Shown here: positions 12,608 to 24,179 of the stretch, in pieces | Position numbering within the stretch: the stretch's first letter is position 1 | Layout: every line of letters begins with the position of its first letter | From: Octopus bimaculoides | Lineage: Eukaryota | DNA length: 37,331 nt | Assembly: GCF_001194135.2 (NCBI RefSeq) | Contig: NC_068983.1 | Location: 146,642,630-146,679,960, forward strand | Direction: 5' to 3' | Notes under the pieces: generated by a model | What the model saw: only the letters and a program-made list of their open reading frames with translations | Database searches by the model: none | Told to the model about the DNA's origin: nothing | Translations under genes and position numbers: made by a program

Positions 12608-12775
12608 TGTACAAGAGTGGCTGTGTGGTAAGAAGTTTGCTTGTCAACCACATGGTTCTGGATTCAGTCTCACTGCATGGTACCCTGGACAAATGTCTAC
12701 TATTATAGCCCTGGGATGACCAAAGGCTTGTGAATAGACTTGGTAGGCATAAACTGAAAGAAGCCCATTGTATGT
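12608..12775 (+). mobile_element. tRNA-derived SINE
   Basis: A-box-like tggctgtgtggtaag and B-box-like ggattcagtc, body gaccaaaggcttgtgaatag...aactgaaagaagccc, (TG/TA) tail. Confidence 0.7.
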
Positions 12776-12784
12776 ATATGTCCT

Positions 12785-13075
12785 CAACATCACTATCATC
12801 ATCATTTAACATTCATTTCCCATGCTGGCATGGGTTGGACGGTTTGAGAGGAGCTGTCCAGATTCCAATTGGCTGTTGTGACATGGTTTCTACAGGTGGA
12901 TGCCTTTCCAACTTCCAACCACTTTACAGAGTGTGCTGAGTGTTTTTTATGTGTCACTGGCATGGGTGCATTTACATAGCAGCATGAGTGCATTTTATGT
13001 GGCACTGACATCTGTAAAAGACAAGTCTGTATGTATGGGTGGATGACAACGATTTTACTTAGCTTGATGCATTTT
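12785..13075 (-). mobile_element. RTE-associated 3' UTR repeat
   Basis: catcatcatttaacattcatttcccatgctggcatgggttggacgg...ggatgcctttcc, the same family as 8310-8510. Confidence 0.65.
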
Positions 13076-13134
13076 CTCAAGCTGACAACTTAGCTTTTTT
13101 TAAATACTAGTTGAAGCTGTGGCTTACTCATGAA

Positions 13135-14298
13135 CAAAGGGTGTACATGTATCATGTACATGTCTCTACATGTCACATTGTAAATTGCAGCTTTCCACTA
13201 GTATTCGTTTGTCTTTTGCAGCTGTAATAGAAGCAGTTGAATGCAGATCAGTTTTCAGGTTCTTGTACTTGAAAGGTCGTACTCCAATGAGACTTTCGAT
13301 GAGATGAAAGAAGTTTATGGTGATGATGCATCATCATGTTACATAGTGAAGCACTGGCATTGCCAGTTCAAATGTGGTTGGACATCGGTAGAAACTGCTC
13401 CTTTTCCTGGATGACCCCATTCTGCCATTGATGACAACACCATCCACAATTTTGGAGGTTCGGTACATAACTATTTGGCAACTAGCTCAAAAAGTGAAGA
13501 TAAGTGTAGGGTCTGTGGAAAAAATCATTCATGACCATTTGCACACGTGAAGTTGTCTACACGATGGATTCCTTGGATGCTCACACCTTTTCTGAAGCAG
13601 GAATGAGTCAATTGCTCCCAGGCTCTTTTGAATGTGCCAAGAAAGCAGGGCGCACTATTTCGGAAGACTTATCCCACAGGGTGAAATATGGGTCCATCAC
13701 TATAATTCTGAGACTAAAGTCCAGTCAAAGCAATGGAAACATGATAACTCACCACCTCCAAAGAAGGCTTGTATCCAACCCTCAGCATGCAAGGTAATGG
13801 TCTCAGTCTTTTGGGACCAGCATGATGGTTTTTCTGGCAAAGGCACCACAATTAACAGGGCATATTATGCTTCTCTGCTGTAAAAATTGCGGGACAGCAT
13901 GAAAGCAGAGATGTGTGAGATGTTGACTAAAGGAGTCCACCTCCTCTAAGACAATGCCCCACTTCACAGTGCACATGTTGCTCAGATGAAAGCACACTCC
14001 TGTGGCAATGGAATCCTTCCTCATTCCCCTTACTCTCTCAACCTTTCACCATCTGACTTCCACATCCATGAAGTCTTTTTTGAAGGAGAAGCAATTTTTG
14101 GATGATGATGAATTTATTTCCAAGGTAAAGTCTTGTCTCCAGACACAACCTACCGACTTCTACTGACAAGGTCTTCACAGCTGCATAAAGTGAAGGGAGA
14201 AATGCTATGTAGAGAAGGACTAATAATTATGCCAAGTTTCATTTATCCCAGTCCTTGGGAAGCGGGTCAGGGGAAATCTTTAAGGAACACTCTTCGTA
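13135..14298 (+). mobile_element. Decayed near full-length mariner (Himar1/irritans-like)
   Basis: RSVFRFLYLKG..FDEMKEVYGDD, EIWVHHYNSETKVQSKQW, KVMVSVFWD..GTTINRAYYASLL, DNAPLHSAH, PHSPYS..LSPSDFH, with many stops and frameshifts. Ends ...cactcttcg-ta. The 5' boundary is approximate. Confidence 0.85.
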
Positions 14299-14719
14299 AA
14301 TGTAGTAAGTCAGATTTATCAAATCCAAGTTGTAGATAATTTGTTTTCCATGCAATAGTTTTCAATTCAGTTGTCTCAATTTTCTGTTGAAGCTGTTACT
14401 CTGGCAACATTTGTAAACAGCTCTTTTGATCACAAGTTTCCTATGCAACAGTTAGCAAGCCAGCTGTTTCAGTTATCAGTTGAAATTATATCTTCTAAAA
14501 TAGTTGGTATCAGCTTATTAATTTGTTTCATTTTGTTTTAAAATGTTTTTGTTTGTAAATTGGATTACTGATTGAAGTGTCTGTTCTCTACATTTCATGA
14601 AATAAACTACTTATGGATTCTTTAATATGCCCAAGTGACCACATCTGGTCTAGACAGTAAATTTACTAAAACAAAATCATCTGATACTCTAATAAAAAGC
14701 AAGATATCTATCTTCTTAC

Positions 14720-14851
14720 CACAATTCTTTTCATCGGTGCCATCTTCACAGTCAATTGCTCCATCACACATACTGTCTTTACGAATGCATACATTTGTGG
14801 AATTAGTTTCATTGCGACCTGGAGGACATCTAACCTCACCGTCTTCACAAG
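14720..14851 (-). CDS. Exon H; LDLa repeat
   Basis: Acceptor ttttttacatcttcaag, donor g|gtaaga. CEDGEVRCPPGRNETNSTNVCIRKDSMCDGAIDCEDGTDEKNC. Phase 1-1. Confidence 0.92.
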
Positions 14852-15329
14852 CTTGAAGATGTAAAAAAGAAAAAAGTGAATATATGAATTGTAAATATTC
14901 TATAAATAAGTAAATAGCACATTTAAGCATGTTTAATTTTCATGTAATCTTTTCCTGTTGGAATAATTAGTAAATGAATTACTTGCCTGACAACCAATCA
15001 ATTTCAATTTTATAATTTAAATAGGTTTGCTTCATCAGAAATGATGCAGCTGTGGTCACATACCCTTTCATTAAGATGTAAGCATAGATCACTAGTTAGG
15101 CAGCTGGTAACATAGTATCATCCCAAGCTGTAAGGGCTAAAAAAGGCTTAAAGTGGTAGGTGGTAGGGATTGAAATCAAGAGGCTATGTGGGAAGCAAGA
15201 CAAATATATTTGCTTGATCCAGTGGATGATGTAACTGATAGATTTAAGCTCCGATACATTTATTGTATCAACCTGTAGTGTAAGAAGTTCAAACAGAATT
15301 TTAAAGTTGAGACTAAAATAAAAGTGCAT

Positions 15330-15720
15330 TCCAGAAGATTTGAAACTTTTCTAGGAGAGACATTTATTAATTTCAAAGAAGTACAATACTATAATATTCT
15401 ATAAATAGGATCCTTTTACTTAAATGCACTTGCAGTACTCCAGCCACTTCGTAAGGTCCCATGGAAGTCCTCCAAATTGAAGCTGTCAAAGACTCTTGTC
15501 ACAGCTGCTTTCCTCTTCTTCAGCTTCAGGGACAACCAAATTATAGGGAGCAAGGTCTGGTCTGTAGGGAGGGTGAGGGACAGTTTTGATGCCCATCTCT
15601 GTCAAATAGCTGATTACTGTGATGGAATTGTGGACTGGTATATTGTCTTGGTGCAGGTACTTTGACCTTCTGTGATGAAATTTCTTCTTTAACTCACTCA
15701 AAAACCTTCACAAAGTATGC
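15330..15720 (-). mobile_element. Mariner transposase 3' fragment
   Basis: LHQDNIPVHNSITVISYLTEMGIKTVPHPPYRPDLAPYN matches HxDNA..H and PHPPYSPDLAPxD. Confidence 0.85.
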
Positions 15721-16890
15721 TTTGTTGACTGTCTGGCCAGAGAAAACCCAGTGGATGTAAATGATACCCTTGCTGTCGAAAAGGGGATAATCATGAGCTT
15801 ACTGGTGGACTTGCTTTGCCTGGCTTCTTGTGCCAGTGAAAAACAGATGTTCAGCTCATACAACTTAATCTATAAGCAGCCTGGTGCATTTCATATGTTT
15901 CTGTAACATTTTTGTCCAGTTTAGCACAAAAATTTATTGCATAGCAAGCTTCTAAACTGTTTCCTTGTCCTGACTGCATTCTGCAAACTAGTCAGCTGTG
16001 ACAAGCAGTCTTTAGTAGAGTGTGTTCAAAGTGCTGTTACAACTGACTCCTTCCCTCTGGAATAAAATAGTTGGCAGGACAATTTATTTGTTGTATCATA
16101 ATGATATACTAAAATTACAATAATTTAAGACAGTTATAAGCACTTCTCCTAAAAAGATTGTCTCAAAACTTCTGTAATGCACTTTGTATTTGTCACCAAT
16201 TCACTGCTGACTTTTTGTTTTAAAGTTTAATTACAAGTCATGATATCCAAACATTTCTCAGAAATTAGGAGACTAGATAAAATGAAATGGTTTCTACCAG
16301 CTTCTTCATTGAAAATTTACTATNNNNNNNNNNNNNNNNNNNNNNNNNNNNNNNNNNNNNNNNNNNNNNNNNNNNNNNNNNNNNNNNNNNNNNNNNNNNN
16401 NNNNNNNNNNNNNNNNNNNNNNNNNNNNNNNNNNNNNNNNNNNNNNNNNNNNNNNNNNNNNNNNNNNNNNNNNNNNNNNNNNNNNNNNNNNNNNNNNNNN
16501 NNNNNNNNNNNNNNNNNNNNNNNNNNNNNNNNNNNNNNNNNNNNNNNNNNNNNNNNNNNNNNNNNNNNNNNNNNNNNNNNNNNNNNNNNNNNNNNNNNNN
16601 NNNNNNNNATTATTTAGGTGCAAGTTCTGTAGTATGAAGACATAGTGGGAAGTGTTCAGTCAATCCTTTCAATATCAAATACTTATTTCTTACAGTTTTA
16701 CTTCACCATTTCTTTTCAAAGTTTTAAAAAGAAACTTTAATGGAAAGTTGTAGTGTACGTAAATAGCTTAAAGAGAGTGAAATAACTTCAACAGGAAAGT
16801 GAAATGCATTGTAGGTTTGAGATACCAGGAACACACTGAATTTTTCCAGCCACAAGGTATGAATATAGAAAAACACTGTTAACAACTTAC

Positions 16891-17045
16891 TTGTATTGGA
16901 ACAAGTCACATAAGTGGTAGAACAATAGCATCTTCCAGCACAATTGTATACATTCCATCGTCGACGATAAACGTAATAAGAATAATAATAATCATAGTAT
17001 TTCCCAGTCATGTACATTCCTATAGTTGTTTGAGTTGTAGTGACA
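16891..17045 (-). CDS. Exon G; Thr/Tyr/Cys-rich linker
   Basis: Acceptor ctttcgttttttgtcacag, donor a|gtaagt. VTTTQTTIGMYMTGKYYDYYYSYYVYRRRWNVYNCAGRCYCSTTYVTCSNT; the phase-1 end joins exon H. A weaker phase-1 acceptor lies at 17019. Confidence 0.6.
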
Positions 17046-17350
17046 CTGTGACAAAAAACGAAAGTTTGACAATTACTTTTCATAATTCATTTCATGTTTT
17101 AAAGTAAAGGCTATTTGCCATAATAATGTGACTGCCCTGTAAGGGACGATGTTATTGTTGTTTTAGCCCCCCCCCCCACAACATTCGTTTCTAGCTGGCT
17201 ATACGACACAATATCTGTATCCTTATATTTTCAAGCAGGGAGTTCAGTACTCCCACCTTGCGCAAAACAACATCTGTGGACTAGTTTCTGGATTATTGCC
17301 CTTTATCAACACAGAATAGCTGCTTGGCCATATGTCGTAGCTCAACCCAC

Positions 17351-17426
17351 TGTTCGCATGTACAGTTTTCAAAGTGACATACTGTTATATGGACTGTTAG
17401 ATATGTAATTCGTCTGACGTTCCGTG
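17351..17426 (-). CDS. Putative 3' end of an exon truncated by the N gap (end of MAM 3)
   Basis: Open frame RNVRRITYLTVHITVCHFENCTCE leaving the gap. ITYLTV....C has the same spacing as LTNVGF....C at the end of MAM1. The phase-2 donor ca|gtgggt fits the phase-2 acceptor at 17045. Confidence 0.4.
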
Positions 17427-18664
17427 NNNNNNNNNNNNNNNNNNNNNNNNNNNNNNNNNNNNNNNNNNNNNNNNNNNNNNNNNNNNNNNNNNNNNNNNNN
17501 NNNNNNNNNNNNNNNNNNNNNNNNNNAAATATTAGCAGAATTACTGAATTGCAAAACAAACAATTGAATGGGTGAAGAAAAGTCAGAATTTTTACTTTTT
17601 CCTCAAAAATAAATGACTATTTGTTTAAACATTAGCAAATAAATTTACTGTTTCTTCCAACAAGTAAAAAATTCCAAATTCCAAACAGAAAGTTGAAGAT
17701 ATAAGAAACACATGTTTTTCTTCCGTAAAGTTTTTTCATCAAATGGACTGTTTCTTATTTTAGCTTTCTCTGACAATATGCAGATGAGAGACGAATGTTT
17801 CTCTAGATAGGATGCTGTCAGTTACAAGTAAACTTTCCCTTATGATAAGCTGAGCCATACAGTCCAGCAAATTAGTTATACAAATCATTTTTCCAAAGCA
17901 GCCATTAACAGGCTATATTCTTTTGCAGTACATCCATATATCGTTTTTGTCAGCATATAAGATGCACTCCTACTCAACAAGTATATATTTTGAAAACAAG
18001 ACAAATTTAATGTTTCATCATGCAATCATATACCATCTGTAATTGGGTTGCATTAGATGCATGACAATTTTTTGTTACATTTAAGAATAAAAAAATGTCT
18101 CTTCTGCTCTGACATATACTGTAGTTCGTTGGATTTGGCCATTGTAAATTAACCATCTTGGCTACAATGGCATGTCATAGTGCTGGGGACAAAATACATG
18201 TCACCAAGCTTTTAATTGGTTGTACACATTCTATCATCTCAAACATCTGTACTCTTGTGAATATCAAATAAAAGAAGAGAACATTGGCAAAAAGAAAATG
18301 TGAGAAGAACAAAATATATGATAATATAAATGATGAATGAGTCAATGTTGAGTCTGTTTCAACAAATAAGGGTTTCAGTAGTTCAATATATATTAAGCAG
18401 GTGAGGATTCCATTGGTATTGGTAACATTAATATAATATTCAAACAAATTAATGCTGTGTGACAATGATACTCAGAAAGTCTGGGTCAACCAAAAGCTAA
18501 GATACAGTGTGCCCCATAGTGGGAGTGAACCTGGAGTCTTCTAATTGAGAATCAAACCAGATGGGTATAGCAGAAAATACTGCAGGCCTTAAGCATTATC
18601 TAGGATGCTAGATGATGCAAAGAGTACATGAGTGAAACAGAGAGAGAGTGAGGAAAAATATCAT

Positions 18665-18697
18665 GAAATGAAGAGAGAGAGGGGGGGGGAGAGAGAG

Positions 18698-18730
<33 letters not shown>

Positions 18731-18745
18731 GATAGATATATATAT

Positions 18746-18817
<72 letters not shown>

Positions 18818-18832
18818 ACAAACAGACAGACA
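18665..18832. repeat. (GA)n/(GATA)n microsatellite
   Basis: Directly visible purine dinucleotide array. Confidence 0.95.
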
Positions 18833-18886
18833 GGAGAATGTAAAAGACAATATTTATACTGAAAGTTAAGTGACCACTATACTTAC

Positions 18887-18994
18887 CAGGAGCATTAAGC
18901 CAACTAGTACCATTATCTAATACCAGTCGCCATCCATTTATTATTTTATAACCACAGTAGTATTTTGATGAGAAATCACAGACAATTGAGTTCC
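18887..18994 (-). CDS. Exon F; N-terminal part of MAM domain 3
   Basis: Acceptor tttttgccttactag, donor g|gtaagt. (R)NSIVCDFSSKYYCGYKIINGWRLVLDNGTSWLNAP; CDF..C.Y..W resembles exon C. Phase 1-1. Confidence 0.85.
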
Positions 18995-19689
18995 CTAGTA
19001 AGGCAAAAAATAATATAAATTGAAGCAATAAATCAATTGATCGATAATGATAACGATAAGGATGTTAGTAGTTTAAATGACCTTCCTAATCTCAGTGATT
19101 ATATAATTTGAACAGAATCCCACGTCATTCTCCTTCTAAGAAGAGCATGAATACAGCATGGGATGACAGCTATGTTGCATTTTCATCATGAATGAAAATA
19201 CAATGACGGGATTCAGACAAAATACTTTGCAGTATATAGTTACATCCTGAATTCAAAATACTATGGTGGGGATCAATTTGATTTATCATTCTAAGTCGGT
19301 TGATAAAATAAAGTACCAGTTGAAATTTAATCAACTGTTCTTTTTTCTGAAATTTGAGGTTGTCATCCAATGCTAGAATTCAATATGAAATAAAATATAA
19401 TGGTGATAAATTGAATGGGCATAAGGTAAAATGAGGTATTGCAATATTAAGGTACATTCATGTATGATGCGATTTGAATTATTGCAATGTTTTAATTTTG
19501 CATTGATTCCTTTCAAAATTAAAGAAAAAGGGATATTCACATACGCTTGTATGTATGTATGTATGTATGTTTTTCGGATGGACCTAGTGCAAGCTCAACG
19601 GCTATCTAGCAATAGAACGGGTACGCAGAAATTCCGGTATGGGGTTTAAAATTCGCAACAGCTGTTTCAGGAGCACTTAATTGATGAAT

Positions 19690-21285
19690 ATTTAGGTTAT
19701 ATCATGACAAAAATCTGCTGTCTTGAGGTGATTTAAAAAAAACAGATTGGAGAAAAATATTTGGGTGCAAAAGCAAGGTCTAGAATCAAAGAACGTTAGA
19801 GTTAATTTAGCAAAAACCAATGTCTTAGTAAGTAAGAAAGTAGACAATTTCCAAATCCTTTCAGGGAGATGGTCCTGCTTGATATGTAGAAGTGGTATAG
19901 GTAGAAACTCCATAATCTGGTGCAAGCTATGGACACATAGGAGGTGCAGAAATATCAGACGAAGGCTAACAAGGAAACTAGTCTTTGTGTGTGGCAAATG
20001 TACAGGCACAATAAACACTAGAAATTAGAAATAATATATTTCTAAATCTCTCAGAGAGATTTATGCAGTAGCAGCATGATAAAGTGATAGCATGTTATCA
20101 ACTTATTGTGACAGTCCCATAAAAGAGAAGAATACTACTGTTATTTAGCCCTAGGAAACACCATTTCCTGTTGGACTCGATACATTTCCTGTGTCCTTAT
20201 GTTTTCAAAGTGGAGCTGCTTATCTCCACTTTGAAAACATAAGGACACAGGAAAAGTGTCAAGTCAAACAGGAAACGGTGTTTCCTAGGGCTAAATAACA
20301 GTAGCATTCTTCCCTGTTATGGGACTGTCACATTTAGTCGACAACATGCTATCACTTTAACCCTAGAAATGTACAGAAAATAAATTTCTTGAAAAGTTAG
20401 GAGTGAAACTTAGAAGTAGTTGATAGTTTTTGTATCTGGGTGACCAAGTCAGCAGTGGAAGTAAATGCTCTGAGTGCATAGGTGCTAGAATAAGAATATG
20501 CTGGGTAAAGTTCAGACAGTTTCTACCTTTGTTGGTAACAACGGGCCTCTCCCTCATTGTGAAAGACAGATTATATGATACCTGTGTGTGAACAGCCACA
20601 CTATACAGCAGTGAAACATGGGCTGTGACTGCAGAGTACATGCAAAAACTTGAAAGAAATGAAGCTAGTATGATTTGCTCTATGGGCAATGTTAGTGTTC
20701 ATGGATGACAGAGTGTAAGTGCCCTGAGAGAAAAATTAGGCATAAGAGGCATCAGATGTGGTGTGCAAGAGAGAAGACTATGCTGGTATGTCCATATGAT
20801 GTGTATGGATGAGGACAGCTGTGTAAAAATGTGTTGATCTCTAACTGTGGAGGGAACTGGTTGAAGAGGCAGACACAGGAAAACATGAGACAGAGTGATG
20901 AAACATGATCTTTGAATGTTGGGTCTTGCAGAGGTAATGACAAGTGATTGAGATCTTTGGTAATTTTCTCTGTTTGAGAAGACTCATCAAGCCAAATGAA
21001 ATCAGTCGTAGCCAGGGCCAGTGACTCTTAAAAGGTATCCATGCTGGTGTTACATAAAAGACACCTGTGCCAGTGACTTGTAAAAGGCACCAGTGCTAGT
21101 GACACATGAAAGGCACCCACTAGACTCTTAGGGTGGTTGGCATTAGGAAGGGTATCCAGTCATAGAAACTAAGCCAAATCAAACTGGAACCTAGTACAGC
21201 TCTCCAAATTACCAGTCCCAGTCAAACTGTCTAACTCATGCCAGCATAGAAAACAGATGCTTAATGATGATGATGATGATGATGT
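19690..21285 (+). mobile_element. Decayed RTE-clade LINE 3' part (RT palm/thumb, 3' UTR, (GAT)n tail), interrupted at about 20026-20358
   Basis: RVNLAKTNVLVSKK, LEVVDSFxYLGDQVS, LYSSETWAVT, EKLGIRGIRCGVQERRL, GRHRKT; tail at 21265-21285. Confidence 0.85.
20080..20359. repeat. 280-bp foldback inverted repeat
   Basis: Arms of about 135 nt (taaagtgatagcatgtt.../...aacatgctatcacttta; central tgtgtccttatgttttcaaagtggag/ctccactttgaaaacataaggacaca) around an 8-nt loop ctgcttat. Confidence 0.95.
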
Positions 21286-21549
21286 AGGTGAAGAATTCAA
21301 GTTAACTTGCTCACTAAATTAAATAGTGAGACAAGTGAAGTTATCAGAATACCCTAAAACTTATGAGGCTGCAATTTATAAAGTCTCTAGTTTATACTTC
21401 TGAGTCAGGAATACTTCCTCCAGTTGTAGAGAAGTTATGCACCTTTGACCATTTGGGTTTGGTAAGTTGCCTATACTGCTAAGCACTTTATAGGTGTGAA
21501 ACCAATGGTCACTCTATGACCAACCATAACATTTAACTTTTTAAAAAAT

Positions 21550-21670
21550 ACACTCACACACACACATGCATATATAAATACACACACACACACACACATA
21601 TATATATGCACACACATAAATACGTACGTACATACATACATACATATATATGTGTGTGTGTGTGTATATG
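21550..21670. repeat. (CA)n/(TA)n/(TG)n microsatellite cluster
   Basis: Directly visible. Confidence 0.9.
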
Positions 21671-21719
21671 TGAGCCAATATTTTACTTTTCATTTCTTAC
21701 TTTCAGTCGTCCTGATTGT

Positions 21720-22465
21720 ATTAGGTTATTCCATAAATAATGCAGTTTTTTCAAGTTGGAAGGGGACAGGATAAACTACCTGCACCAACTTGTTATAAGA
21801 ACAGGTAGTAATTGTACCTTGTCCTTATTCTTAGTGCAAGTTTGTAGAGTACAGTTCGATTTTAACAGTTATTTTTTCAAAGGTATAATGGAAGTGACAA
21901 AGGAGAACATTCAGCATATTTTGCTTTATAGTTCAATAAAGGCAACAACACGACAGAAAGTGCAAGGAATATTTATGCAGTATATGGGAATTCGACAATA
22001 GATGTAAGTCAGTGTCAACCGTGGTTCCAGGAATTCTGAGCTGGAAACTACAGCCTAAAAGATGAGCCTCTTCCTGGAAGATCTGTAGAGCTCGATGAAG
22101 ATGTCCTGCAAATCCTGGTGGAATAAAATCCCATCATAACTGTTGAGAAACTGCATGCCATCAGGAAAATCAGCAAATTGGGTCCTTTGCAAACTTCATG
22201 AGTCTAATCATGTGCAGAGAGTGAATGTATGCTCTTCTTTGCTGTCATGTCTCACAAATGAACCTTTTTTGGACTGAATAGTGACTGGTGACAAGAAATA
22301 GGTTCTCATTAAAAATATCAAGTGCTGAAGCAGTGGGTAGGAAAAGAAGAAACACTGGCACCCCAGCCCAAAGAAGGTCTTCGCCCACGTAAGATGTTGT
22401 TATCTGTTTGGTGGGATATGAAAGGTTAGTCCACTTTGAACTTTTTAACCCAAACCAAATGGGCA
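21720..22465 (+). mobile_element. Mariner 5' half
   Basis: TIR-like ta-ttaggttattccataaataatgcagtttttt. MEVTKENIQHILLY..KGNNTTESARNIYAVYG..QCQPWFQEF..GNYSLKDEPLPGRS and FLD*IVTGDKK; truncated by RTE sequence. Confidence 0.85.
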
Positions 22466-22469
22466 AAGT

Positions 22470-23382
22470 TCAGAGAGCTCCTACCTCTACTGGCAACAAA
22501 GGCCACTTGCTCAGAGTGAAAGATAGACTGTATGATGCATATGCATGAACAGCCATGCTACATGGCAGTGAAACATGGGCCATGACTGCTGAGGACAGGC
22601 GTAGGCTTGAAAGAAACAAAGCTAGTATGATCCACTAGATGTGTAATGTCAGTGTGCATACATAACTGAGTGTAAGTGCCCTGAGAAAAAAGTTGGACAT
22701 AAGAAGCATCAGATGTGGTGTACAAGAGAGACAACTGCACTGGTATGATCATGTGTTGCATATGGAAGAAGGCAGCTGTGTGAAGAAGTATCACACTCTA
22801 ACAGTGGAAGCGACCTGTGGAAGATGTAGACCCAGGAAGATACAGGATGAAGTGGTGAAGCATGACCTTCAAATGTTGGGTCTCACAGAGGCAATGACAA
22901 GAGACTGAGACTTTTGGAGATATGCAGTGATTGAGAAGACCCGGGAAGTAAAGTGAGATCGTAGCCATGACGAATGCCAGTGTTGCATAATTGGCCCATT
23001 TAAAAGTACTCTTGAATTGTTGGGTGATATGATGTGCTTAAGGAGATCCATTGAGTCAAGTGAAATTGAAATCATAGTCATGGTTAGTGCCGCCTGACAG
23101 GTGCCCATGCTGGTGGCACATAATAAGCACCATCCAAACATGGCTGATGCCAGTGCCCCTTGACTGGCTCTTGTGTCAGCTGCATGTAAAAAGTACCATC
23201 CAAACGTGGTCATGCCTGTGCCCCATGACTGGTTCCCATGCAGTTGACATTAGAAAGAGCATCCAGCTGTTGAAACCTTGCTAGATCAGATTGGAGCCTG
23301 GTGCATCCCACTGGCTTGCCAGTCCTCAGTCAAACCATCCAATCCACGCCAGCATGGAAAACATGTTTAAACGGTGATGATA

Positions 23383-23418
<36 letters not shown>

Positions 23419-23450
23419 CTGATGCTGATGCTGCTGCTGATGATGATGAT
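22470..23450 (+). mobile_element. RTE LINE 3' fragment plus 3' UTR repeat and (GAT)/(GCT) tail
   Basis: LHGSETWAMT, IRSIRCGVQERQLHWYDHV, GRCRPRKIQDEVVKHDL; family as at 20360-21285. Confidence 0.8.
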
Positions 23451-23519
23451 ATCACCCTTAACATCTGGTCATCTAACTCCCCACACTGCAACTCCCTTGA
23501 TTATTGAGTGAGAGACCAA

Positions 23520-23797
23520 AAAAATAACTTTTAGCACTAAAGATAAACTGTAAACAAGAATTATGGCAGCATTCACCAAATTAAACATGGAGAACGTCCA
23601 GAAGAGTTGCAGGAGATTCCGAAGTCGTCTGGAGGCCATGGTTGAAACCAATAACGATTTTATTGAATAAATTTAGACTTTAGTATTTCAAGATATTTTT
23701 ATGTAATTTTGGTAAATATATCTTTGAAAATGAGATGTCAGTGTTATTTTCATTTTTCGTAATTTAGACGGCAATTTATTCATCGTACCTTGTATAC
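23520..23797 (+). mobile_element. Tc1/maT-like transposon 3' end
   Basis: AAFTKLNMENVQKSCRRFRSRLEAMVETNNDFIE* resembles the R.L.AVI...G..IE C-terminus; terminal ...tcgtaccttg-ta. Confidence 0.6.
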
Positions 23798-24179
23798 ATA
23801 CACACGCGCACACGCACACACACATTAATAAATCAGAGTCAAAATTAACTCTAAAAGCCACAAAGCACACAAACCTCATTATTTTTACTGGAAGTGGGCA
23901 AAACAAGCTAAAACAATCTTTCCTTTGTGAGATAAACTTACAAAAAGAAATAGTTGGACAAAGCTTTATCATGTGATTTCGAAATTTAACCAGTAAGGTC
24001 TTGTTTCTCCTCAGAAGCATCTATCAGCTACTCAGGATTAAAGATATAGCTTACCTTGTAATATTACATGAGGAGAGAAAACCGTTGATAAGCAAGCGCC
24101 AAAATTCAAAGTGTATATTATCAATGCAAAAAGATACTATAATGATATATTAATATATTTAGATATATTAAACAAATTA

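Noticed and set aside
16891-16985. Alternative frames of exon G looking MAM-like (LRLSSTMECIQLCWK; IVDDGMYTIVLEDAIV)
   Set aside because: Both are stop-bounded and out of phase with the donor; only a frameshift error in the (TAT)n run would rescue them, and there is no evidence for one.
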